Origin: a bacterium
GTDB lineage: Bacteria > UBA8248
NCBI GenBank assembly: GCA_965203325.1
Contig: OZ241875.1
Coordinates: 1,888,001-1,952,000 of the forward strand
DNA: 64,000 nucleotides
Direction: 5' to 3'
The translations under genes and the position numbers were made by a program. Shown here piece after piece: positions 20,530 to 28,671 of this stretch. The notes beneath the pieces are model-generated. The model searched no databases. It was not told where the DNA came from and worked only from the letters and a program-made list of their open reading frames with translations. Position 1 is the stretch's first letter. Each line of letters opens with the position of its first letter.

Positions 20530-20966
20530 TGTCTCCCTTCCGCCAACATCTTGTCGCGCGCCTCGAAGGCTTCCCGCATCGACTTGAGATGCTCCAAAGA
20601 CTTCTCGATGGTAAGCCGCAAGTCCTCGAAATCAATCGGCTTGTTCAGGAAATCGAATGCGCCCCTGTTCATCGCCGTCCGGATGTTCTTCATGTCCCCA
20701 TACGCCGAGACGATGACACAGCGGAGCTTGGGGTCGAAAGCGGGGATTTGCTCGAGCAGGGTGAGGCCGTCCATCTCCGGCATGTTGATGTCCGTAATGA
20801 CGATGTCGATTTCATCGTCATTGTTTAAGCACTCTAGCGCCTCGACCCCGTTGCGGGCGAAGACGAACGAATAGCGGCCGCTGCGAATTTCGCGCCGCAT
20901 GCGCTGCAGCACCAGACCTTCAAGATCGGGTTCGTCGTCGACTACGAGTATCCTGTGCGAATCCAT
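20526..20966 (-). CDS. Single-domain response regulator, close paralog of the REC domain of the downstream phosphatase
   Basis: VVDDEP, TDINMPEMDG, KP; long DNA identity to 20140-20520. Confidence 0.9.
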   Translation of the reverse strand: MDSHRILVVDDEPDLEGLVLQRMRREIRSGRYSFVFARNGVEALECLNNDDEIDIVITDINMPEMDGLTLLEQIPAFDPKLRCVIVSAYGDMKNIRTAMNRGAFDFLNKPIDFEDLRLTIEKSLEHLKSMREAFEARDKMLAEGRQ

Positions 20967-21359
20967 CGTCCGGGTCTCTCCATCGCTTAGGCTTCATCCG
21001 ACCAACGATCGAGCACTTTCGAATTCCAGCTAAATGTATATAAGACTCACGCGGCGCGCAACTCATTTCTCACTCCGCCTCGTGCCCGAACGAACCTGCG
21101 CGGCGGCCTGCAACCCCCTGAAACCATGGCTTCACCGGCGACCGCTCCCGGCATGAGGCCGCTCGGCCGCCGGATTTCGTCCATACCGGTTTCTCTTCCC
21201 GCGAGCATCCAGACCTCCTGAACCCATGAGGCGATTCCGCGCCGAATGTGGGTAAAGCGGCGAAAATTTCATCCGCCGCCCGGTTGTCCAGGCCCTCGGG
21301 TTCGCGTATCTTGGTGGACGAAGCGCCGCCATGCGCGAACCACCAGAGGAATCCCTGCT

Positions 21360-21947
21360 TTGACCCGTAAACCCAAAAGCAAAAAGAAAGGCGCAAGAGC
21401 CGCCGGAAGAAGGGCTCCGCGCCCGGCGAGAACCATTGGCTCGAAGAAGAAAAGCGCCGCCCCGTTCGTGTGGGCGATCGTCATCGCCGCGGTCGCAATC
21501 GGCATCTACTACTTTACGGGCGCATCGGCGAACAAGGCGCGCGACGTGCCTTCCCTCGGCAACCGCCACATCCGCGTGGGCACGAGCGGCGCCGTCGCCT
21601 ACAACACGGACCCTCCCACCTCGGGGCCTCACTATCCGACCATCGTCCCCTGGGGCGTACACTGGAAGCCGATCGACAAAGGCTTCCAGGTCCATAACCT
21701 CGAAGACGGCGGCGTGCTCGTGCAGTATGGCTGCGGCGATTGCCCCGAACTCGTGAAAAAACTCGAGAAAATCGTACGCGGCTACCCGAAGTTCGTCATC
21801 CTCGCCCCGTACCCGCCGATGAAACACAGAATCGCGCTCACCGCCTGGGGCAAGATAGATACGCTGGAGACTTTTGATGAGAAGCGCATCACCGCCTTCA
21901 TCGACGCCTATCGAGGCCTCGACCACCACCCGCGGGGGAGGAGATAG
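21360..21947 (+). CDS. DUF3105 family membrane-anchored protein
   Basis: TTG after GAGGA; TM helix; YNTDPPTSGPHY, VHNLEDGGV..QYGC, IALTAWG. Confidence 0.8.
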   Translation: MTRKPKSKKKGARAAGRRAPRPARTIGSKKKSAAPFVWAIVIAAVAIGIYYFTGASANKARDVPSLGNRHIRVGTSGAVAYNTDPPTSGPHYPTIVPWGVHWKPIDKGFQVHNLEDGGVLVQYGCGDCPELVKKLEKIVRGYPKFVILAPYPPMKHRIALTAWGKIDTLETFDEKRITAFIDAYRGLDHHPRGRR

Positions 21948-22054
21948 GGGTTCGGAAGAGAATGACATGCTTCGGTTGACGACTTCTTTTCGCCGGTCGA
22001 TTCGGAGGCGGCCGCCTCGCAAGATGCGTTGGGGATGACTCCCGGGCGCGCGCC

Positions 22055-23827
22055 TCAACCCCCTCCGCCGCCGGCCGCGCCCGGAACCTCCACGCGCAGG
22101 GTCACGATGTCCGTGTCGTGGTATTGCTGGTGGTGAACCGAAGACGCGAGGTGGCGCAGCAGTCTGAGCGAGACTTCGCGCTCAATCGGGGAGCCTGCGG
22201 TCTGCTCGCCGAGCAGCGCGATTTTGTCCTGGAGGTTCTCCTCTCCGCCCGCGGCGACGAACTCCAGCACCGCGCCGCCGTCTTCTTTATGCGCCACCAT
22301 GAGCAGACGCCGCCGCTTGCGGCTCTCGTCGGCTTCGTCGGGGCGCAGGAGCGTCAGCAGCGTTTCCTCGCCCGCGGCGTCGAGGCGATGCGCCATCGCC
22401 TCATCCCAGCCGCTGGCCGAGGCGAACTCACCGAGAAACTCCCTGATCTTCGGCAAGGCGGAGATGTCGAACGCCACCTCGATACGGCTGCGGCGCGGTT
22501 CGGTGAATTCGACGAACAAGGTCATGATCATGGCGACGAGGCCGCCGGCCGTCATTCCGTTGTTCAAAAGGCCGCCCGCGAACGTCGAGAAATACTCGGG
22601 ATATATGACGCCGTTCTGGAAGCCGACACCCGCCCAGAACGCGACGCCCGCCACCAGCCCCTTGCGGTAGTCGATCCCGTCGTGAACGACCATCCGCATG
22701 CCGACCACGAAGAGCATCGCCAGCAGCACAGTAATGTAGGCCGCGGCGACCGGCCCTGGTATCGCCAGTACCACGGCGACCAGCTTGGGAAGAAACGCCA
22801 GGGCGAGGAACACCAGCCCGGCGGCGACTCCCACGCTGCGCGCGCCGACGCCGGTGAGTTCGGTGACGGACACGCTCGTCGAATAGGTCGTGTTCGGCAC
22901 CGTCGCCAAAAGGCCGGAGAGCAGGTTGCCCACTCCGTCGGCGGCCACCGCGCCCTGCACCGCCTTGAAGTCCACCGCCCGGGGCCGCCGCCAGGATACG
23001 CGCTGGATGGCGGCGCCGTCGCCGACCGTCTCGATGGCGCCGATGAGAGTCACGAAAATGAATCCCGGCAGAAGCGTCCAGAAAACCGGCCCGAAGCTCA
23101 AGTCCAGGCCCGGCCATGCGCCCCGTGGAAGACCGATCCATGAAGCTTCAGCGACGCGGGCCGTATCGTAGATGCCGAAATAGAGTCCGACGAGCGAGCC
23201 CGCGGCCACGCCGATCACGGGCGCCCACAGGCGCAGCGCGCCCGTCGCCTTGAGCGCGATGCCGACGATGACCACCGCCGACACGAACGCGCTCAGCGGA
23301 GCAGCGAGCGGGGAAGCGTCCTTGGGCGCGTCATCGAGCATGCCGAAGACGATGGGCATCACCGTCACCGCTATCAGCATGATGACGGTTCCCGCGACGG
23401 TCGGCGTCAGCACCCGCCGGAACAGTGAGAGACGCTCCGAGAGCACGAACTGAAAAAGCGAGGAGGCGAGGACGAGCGTGGCGAGCATCCCCGGCCCGCC
23501 CTTGGCGAGCGCCGCGATGCAGACCGCGATGAAAGCGCCCGATGTGCCCATGATGAGCACGTAGCCCGCGCCGAAGCGGCCGACCCGGAACGCCTGGAGC
23601 ATCGTGGTTGCGCCGCAGATCGCCACCGCGGCGAACACCGCCCACGAGAGATAGTCCTCGGTACCGCCGGCTGCGCGCACCACGATCGCGGGCGTGAACA
23701 CGATGCCGCCCACGCAGAGGACGGCGAGTTGCAGGCCGAGGCCGAACGCGAGCAGGGGCGGCGGTTTCTCGTCGGCCTCGTAGCGTACGTCGGTGTTCGC
23801 GCGCTGGTCGGCGTTTTCGGCGCTCAT
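22055..23827 (-). CDS. NCS2 (xanthine/uracil) permease with a C-terminal degenerate RsbW/HATPase-like domain
   Basis: GLGLQ, TPTVAGTVI.LI, IETVGD, ADGVGN...G, PNTTYSTS motifs; about 145-aa soluble tail resembling the local RsbW. Confidence 0.85.
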   Translation of the reverse strand: MSAENADQRANTDVRYEADEKPPPLLAFGLGLQLAVLCVGGIVFTPAIVVRAAGGTEDYLSWAVFAAVAICGATTMLQAFRVGRFGAGYVLIMGTSGAFIAVCIAALAKGGPGMLATLVLASSLFQFVLSERLSLFRRVLTPTVAGTVIMLIAVTVMPIVFGMLDDAPKDASPLAAPLSAFVSAVVIVGIALKATGALRLWAPVIGVAAGSLVGLYFGIYDTARVAEASWIGLPRGAWPGLDLSFGPVFWTLLPGFIFVTLIGAIETVGDGAAIQRVSWRRPRAVDFKAVQGAVAADGVGNLLSGLLATVPNTTYSTSVSVTELTGVGARSVGVAAGLVFLALAFLPKLVAVVLAIPGPVAAAYITVLLAMLFVVGMRMVVHDGIDYRKGLVAGVAFWAGVGFQNGVIYPEYFSTFAGGLLNNGMTAGGLVAMIMTLFVEFTEPRRSRIEVAFDISALPKIREFLGEFASASGWDEAMAHRLDAAGEETLLTLLRPDEADESRKRRRLLMVAHKEDGGAVLEFVAAGGEENLQDKIALLGEQTAGSPIEREVSLRLLRHLASSVHHQQYHDTDIVTLRVEVPGAAGGGGG

Positions 23828-24063
23828 GTCGTATCCTTCGCGGCTGGAAAATGGATCCGTCGCCGATCGCAAACCCTGTTTCGATGTCCTCGCAACGGAG
23901 CGTAAGTTTCTCACACCCTTTTCGGCCCCTCAAGAAAAAAGGCCCGCAAAGGATATCGACGGGCGAAAACCGACAAACCTGCGGTATTTTCAGGCGAATA
24001 TCGTGGTTTCGGGGGTTTTGGGTACGGAAATCGCACTTTTTTCGGTGCATGAATACATTTTTG

Positions 24064-24091
24064 TTGACGAAAGAAACGCAATATATATACT
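24064..24091 (+). promoter_or_regulatory. Putative sigma70-type promoter upstream of the RiPP precursor
   Basis: TTGACG-N16-TATACT in an AT-rich intergenic stretch. Confidence 0.45.
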
Positions 24092-24240
24092 TTTCCGATA
24101 GCCTCTTTATCTTTTTTTAGGCGGAGGGACTGCAAGGCGAACTCTCTCCCGAACAAAGCGGCCGTGGCGCCCCGGCAGTGGAAAACGAGGGAACACCACC
24201 TCCTTTTCGGCCAGGGACATATTCCGGAGAACTCGAGGCA

Positions 24241-24528
24241 GTGAAAACTGTAGAGGAAGTACGCGAAGAGATTGTCAAAAAAGCAAGCGAGAACGAGGCA
24301 TTCCGCGCCGAATTGGTGGCCGACCCCAAGGTCGCCATTGAAAAGGAATTGGGAGTCACCATTCCCGAGGGGTTCAAGATCGGCGTGCACGAAGACAACA
24401 TCATGAGCATCAACCTGGTGCTGCCGCCGGCCGAATTGAGCGAGGAGGAACTGAGCGCCGTCGTGGCCGGAGCACAGATGTGGCAAGAATTCGCCAACGC
24501 CTGGAACAGCTTGAACCAAAACTCCTGA
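24241..24528 (+). CDS. NHLP (nitrile hydratase-like leader peptide) RiPP precursor
   Basis: IVKKA..NEAFRAELVADPK.AIEKELG..IP....I.VHE......LVLP..ELSEEELSAVVAG leader; core AQMWQEFANAWNSLNQNS; GTG start after GGAG/GAGG. Confidence 0.9.
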   Translation: MKTVEEVREEIVKKASENEAFRAELVADPKVAIEKELGVTIPEGFKIGVHEDNIMSINLVLPPAELSEEELSAVVAGAQMWQEFANAWNSLNQNS

Positions 24529-24723
24529 TACGATATATCCAAATAGAGCAACAGTCCATTCGGTCGGTTCGCCGAAAAGCCCCGGGAAGGGGATGGTTCG
24601 GGACGTCGCTTTGCGGGTTGGAACCGCGCTGCGGCCCGCTTCGCCGAAGGGAGGCCGGGGTGTCGCGCTTGCTCATCGCCGCGTTGCCCCCAATGTAGGC
24701 GTCCCGCTCGGAAACAGGGTTCG

Positions 24724-25821
24724 ATGATGTCTGAGAATTTCGGGGACGTCTTTCCAAGGTTGCGCCGCTTCGTTCCACCGGCCTTACTCGACGGCCCGTG
24801 GTGGGACCGCCTGGTGGAGCGCGTCGGTGAACTTCCGAGTTGGCTGACTCTGAATTACGCGGCCTTCGAGTTTCGGCTGGGAGACCCTGCGCCCGCCGCC
24901 GATTATTTCGTCTCGGTTGCGCCGGGGCGTCCGTCCATGGAGTATTACGTTCGTCTGGGCGAGGCCGCAAAACCCGACTCCGCGGAGGCGGCTCTCGGCC
25001 GCGTCTACGCTCTCATGAACGGAGCGGGCCCCCCTTCCGAATCATCTCTCACCGGCTGGTTCAGGGCGTCGATGCTCGAATACGACATCGCGGAAGTCCC
25101 CCCGGACCTGCGCCCGGCCCCGGGCGTGTTCCTGGCGCTCAAGCCTCAATCCGAACTGGATGAAGACGTCGCGGGCGCAAGAACGCCCCACCGCCTGGCC
25201 GCCACCATAGCGAACGCGGTCGGGTGGGAGGAGGACGAGGCGGAGCGTCTCGCCGTGGAGCGGGCCTTCGCCGCCTTGCCCGGCAGCGGCGTGGTGGATC
25301 AGATTGGCGCCGCCCCCGAGCGCGGGCCGCGCCTGATTCGCCTGATCGTGGACGGGTTGAAACTGCGCAACGTGCCCGCATTCCTGAAACGGCTGAAATG
25401 GGACGGCTCCACCCGGAAAGTGATGGACACGCTGGAGGAGATGCGCGATATGACGCCCATCTTCCGGATGGCGCTGGACGTCTCCGCGCACGGCGTGGGG
25501 CCGCGCCTGGGTCTCGAGATGTACAGGCCGAGAAGCCCCTCGGACCTCGACTACTGGCTGACTTCGGGGCGCAACGCCTGGCGTCCCGTCGTGGACTACC
25601 TCGAAGAGATGAAATGGTGTCTGCCGGAGAAGGGGGACGGCCTGCGGGCGTTCCCGGGAATCGAGAGGCTCTTCGAGGAAAAGGGCATGTCCATCCTCTA
25701 CAAGGGAATCAACCACTTCAAGCTCTCGATCGAGGGCGACGCCGTAGAAGCCAAGGCCTACGCCGCCCTCGCCTACTTCCGGCTCTACGCCGACTCGGAG
25801 GGTGAGTCGGAGCAGGGGTAA
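24724..25821 (+). CDS. Hypothetical RiPP maturase, putative ABBA-fold (PT-barrel) prenyltransferase
   Basis: 365 aa directly after the precursor; five helix-helix-beta-hairpin units ending NHFKL..EAKAY; fold inferred by eye. Confidence 0.55.
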   Translation: MMSENFGDVFPRLRRFVPPALLDGPWWDRLVERVGELPSWLTLNYAAFEFRLGDPAPAADYFVSVAPGRPSMEYYVRLGEAAKPDSAEAALGRVYALMNGAGPPSESSLTGWFRASMLEYDIAEVPPDLRPAPGVFLALKPQSELDEDVAGARTPHRLAATIANAVGWEEDEAERLAVERAFAALPGSGVVDQIGAAPERGPRLIRLIVDGLKLRNVPAFLKRLKWDGSTRKVMDTLEEMRDMTPIFRMALDVSAHGVGPRLGLEMYRPRSPSDLDYWLTSGRNAWRPVVDYLEEMKWCLPEKGDGLRAFPGIERLFEEKGMSILYKGINHFKLSIEGDAVEAKAYAALAYFRLYADSEGESEQG

Positions 25822-25873
25822 ATTTCGGTGGGCACCGGCGGGCGGCCCGTCATCCCCTGAAATTCTGCGCCTC

Positions 25874-26194
25874 CTACGAAATCGCGCCATCCCCCGCCGT
25901 GAGGACGACGTGCTCGGCCCGGACGCGCTCTCGGAAGCGCGCGGGGGTGGAACCCCAGACGAAAACGTCCACGCGAAACGGCAGGTTGCTCTCCTCGAAG
26001 GCTTCTTTCAGATCGGAAACCCGGCGGCTTTGGGCGGGATCTGCGAACACGACCATATCCAGATCGGATTTGGGACGCGCCTCTCCCCTGGCGCGGGAGC
26101 CGTACAGCCAGGCGGCGGTGTTCGGCAGATGCTTATCGAGCAAATCCAAAATGAGTGCGCGCTGCGCCTCGGTGATGTCGACCCGTCCGCTCAT
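25874..26194 (-). CDS. Minimal nucleotidyltransferase (MNT) antitoxin
   Basis: LYGSRARGEARPKSDLD (GSx10DxD). Confidence 0.88.
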   Translation of the reverse strand: MSGRVDITEAQRALILDLLDKHLPNTAAWLYGSRARGEARPKSDLDMVVFADPAQSRRVSDLKEAFEESNLPFRVDVFVWGSTPARFRERVRAEHVVLTAGDGAIS

Positions 26195-26610
26195 TTCCAA
26201 CTCCGTCCGCTCATGGTTCGGTAGAGGGCCGCTGCGTCCTCCATGAAGTCGCCCACTACCTCCAGGGCGGCTCGCGCCTTCTCGCCGCTGTAGGCGTGGG
26301 CGGTATCGACGCGCCCCTCCGCATAGCCCAGCCATCGTTCTACAGGAGCGGGTATCAAATCGTTCTCGAAGGCGAGCCTGAAGATGGGCTTGGGGCTGTT
26401 CGGAGAGTCCGCGACGCCCAGTTCTTCGACCAGGTATCGCTTGAGAACCTTCCAGAGGCAGTCGTAGCAGGTCTCGAAACGCCGGATGACCGACTCGGCC
26501 ACGGCTTCCTGGAGCAGTTGGGGTAGCGCCGCATCGAGATTCCGGTAATTCTCGTATTGCTCCTCAAGACGTCCGAGGGACATTTGAAAATTATCGTATT
26601 CAACCATCAT
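26191..26610 (-). CDS. HEPN protein (HI0074/nucleotidyltransferase substrate-binding family)
   Basis: VIRRFETCYD..WK.LKRYL, SPKPIFRLA, RVDTAHAY (Rx4H); ATGA overlap with MNT. Confidence 0.85.
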   Translation of the reverse strand: MMVEYDNFQMSLGRLEEQYENYRNLDAALPQLLQEAVAESVIRRFETCYDCLWKVLKRYLVEELGVADSPNSPKPIFRLAFENDLIPAPVERWLGYAEGRVDTAHAYSGEKARAALEVVGDFMEDAAALYRTMSGRSWK

Positions 26611-26860
26611 GCGCCTCACACCGCCCAAAAACCTTTATCCGCATCAAGTCTCAGCCATCATCCCAAACGGCATGGATTTGTCAAAGAACCTCGCCGCGCA
26701 TTTGCGGTGTGTGTCGAACGGTCGGGCGGGTTTCAGGGCGCGTTTCCCGGAGGCGTATGAGGAGGCGTCGAAATTCAGCCGGATTGACACCTCGGAAGGG
26801 CCTTTTTAGTATGGGGTCATTCTCGGGAAGGGGCGTCCGGATCATTGATAAGGAGTGGAT

Positions 26861-27331
26861 ATGCGAATCGGGAAACGGGTGTGCGCGCCGGCTTGCGCGG
26901 TGCTGATGGCGGTGATTCTTCTCCCCTCTTTTTCCGCAGGCCAGGACGAGCAGACGCTGCGCGGCGTGCAGAGGGTGCGCGTGCGAACGATGAAGAGCAT
27001 CAGCCGCGCGATGCGCCGGGTCAAGGTCTATACGAAAAAGGCGAACTACAAGCGCGTCGCGGCCGCGGCGGAGGAAATCGCGCTGCTCTCGGCGGCGATT
27101 CCCTACTTGAGCCCCAAGGGCAGCGCTTTCGGCAAGACGCGGATCAAGGCGGAAGTCTGGAGCCGGTTCGACGATTATACGAAAATCGCCAGGGATTCGG
27201 TCCAGATCGCGAGAGACCTCGCCAAGGCGGCCGGTGCGAAGGATAAGGCAGGCGTCTTGAAAGCGTTCAGCGCCCTGTCGGACAGCTGTACGCAGTGCCA
27301 CAAGCCGTACCGGAAGAAGAAAAGAAAATAG
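26861..27331 (+). CDS. Cytochrome c' (class II) family protein
   Basis: Signal peptide, four-helix pattern, C-terminal CTQCHKPYR. Confidence 0.85.
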   Translation: MRIGKRVCAPACAVLMAVILLPSFSAGQDEQTLRGVQRVRVRTMKSISRAMRRVKVYTKKANYKRVAAAAEEIALLSAAIPYLSPKGSAFGKTRIKAEVWSRFDDYTKIARDSVQIARDLAKAAGAKDKAGVLKAFSALSDSCTQCHKPYRKKKRK

Positions 27332-27368
27332 ACCCGGCTACGCTCCATCAACAGATTCGAGGACGCGC

Positions 27369-28253
27369 TTGACGACACGGCCCACCATCCCCGGGCCCGA
27401 CCCGGATACGAAGCCGCCGACATTCGAGGTTCCCGAGGGAGCGGCGGATTGCCACTTTCATATCTTCGGGCCCGAGACGGATTATCCCTACGCGGAGCCG
27501 AGGCGCTACACGCCCGTCCAGGTACTGGAGAGCGACTACCGGAAGATGGCCGATGTATTGGGTCTCGCGCGTGGCGTCGTGGTGCAGGCGAGCCCCTATG
27601 GTGCTGACAACGCGCGAGTGCTCGAGGCGATTCGCGCCCTGGGGCCGGGCTATGTCGGCGTGGGCGTGGTGGATGCGGACGCCTCAGAAGAAAGGCTCGA
27701 TGAGCTGAACCGGCGCGGGGTCCGGGGCGCGCGCATCAACTCGGCCTCGGGCGGCAGGAGCGGAATCGAGCAGATGGAGGAGCTGGCCGCCAGAATCAAG
27801 GATTTCGGCTGGCACATGCAGTTTCACATACACGCTGAACAATTGGCTGAACTGGAGCCTGAGATAAGAAAATTGCCGGTCGACGTGGTGTTCGACCACA
27901 TGGGTCTTTTCCCCGCGGATTTGCCGCTGGCGCACCCTGATTTCCAGATGCTGCTGCGTTTGCTCGAAAGCGGAAACGCATGGGTGAAACTGAGCGGCGC
28001 CGAGCGGATATCCAGGAGCGGCCCTCCTTACCACGACGCCATCCCCGTGGCGCGCGCCCTGATCGACGCCGCGCCCGACCGGGTGGTGTGGGGCACGGAC
28101 TGGCCGCACACGAACGTGAAGCCCGTGATTCCCAACGACGGCGACTTGATGGACCTTCTCCCAGAATTCGCGCCCGATGAGAGGGTGCGCCGGAAAATAC
28201 TGGTGGATAATCCTTGTGCGCTCTACGGGTTCGGGGAACGAAAATCCCTCTGA
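27369..28253 (+). CDS. Amidohydrolase-2 family lactonase (LigI-like)
   Basis: DCHFHIFG, VVVQAS.YG.DN, GVRGAR.N, VFDHMG, WVKLSG, WGTDWPH, LVDNP. Confidence 0.88.
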   Translation: MTTRPTIPGPDPDTKPPTFEVPEGAADCHFHIFGPETDYPYAEPRRYTPVQVLESDYRKMADVLGLARGVVVQASPYGADNARVLEAIRALGPGYVGVGVVDADASEERLDELNRRGVRGARINSASGGRSGIEQMEELAARIKDFGWHMQFHIHAEQLAELEPEIRKLPVDVVFDHMGLFPADLPLAHPDFQMLLRLLESGNAWVKLSGAERISRSGPPYHDAIPVARALIDAAPDRVVWGTDWPHTNVKPVIPNDGDLMDLLPEFAPDERVRRKILVDNPCALYGFGERKSL

Positions 28254-28310
28254 GACGGGAAGCCCTGATTCCGTGATTTGGCGAATATAGTCGAGCGGAG
28301 AAGGGGGTCC

Positions 28311-28338
28311 GTAGGGGCGGTTCGCGAACCGCCCCTAC
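28311..28338. repeat. GTAG-type REP palindrome
   Basis: GTAGGGGCGGTTCGCGAACCGCCCCTAC, perfect palindrome; related GTAG-REPs at 28563-28588 and 56118-56144. Confidence 0.8.
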
Positions 28339-28390
28339 AATGCGGATACGGTTATCTTTCGTCATTCCGGTGTCGGACCTGACCACCGCC

Positions 28391-28532
28391 GCCATTCCGG
28401 CGAAAGCCGGAATCCATTTTCAAGCAGAATGACAATACGCCGGCTTTTCATCTCTCCGTCATTGGCAGGAACAAATCAGAAAATAAAAAACAAAAGCAAA
28501 ACAAATGGATTCCGGCTTTCGCCGGAATGACG
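28391..28532. repeat. Inverted-repeat element bounded by CATTCCGGCGAAAGCCGGAATCCAT hairpins (short variant)
   Basis: Same termini as the 37721-37940 and 56165-56379 elements, different interior. Confidence 0.8.
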
Positions 28533-28671
28533 AACAAAACCGCACCGCCTTGCAGCGACCTCGGACAGGCACAGGGGCCTGTCCCTACAGGCTCCTCTCT
28601 AATCGGCTCCATGCGCTGAATTACGAAATCAGGACTATTTCAATAACCTCAAGGCGAAAGGCCTTCGCGGG

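Noticed and set aside
25874..26610. HEPN-MNT pair as part of the RiPP cluster
   Set aside because: Opposite strand and a common stand-alone TA module; no evidence of a functional link
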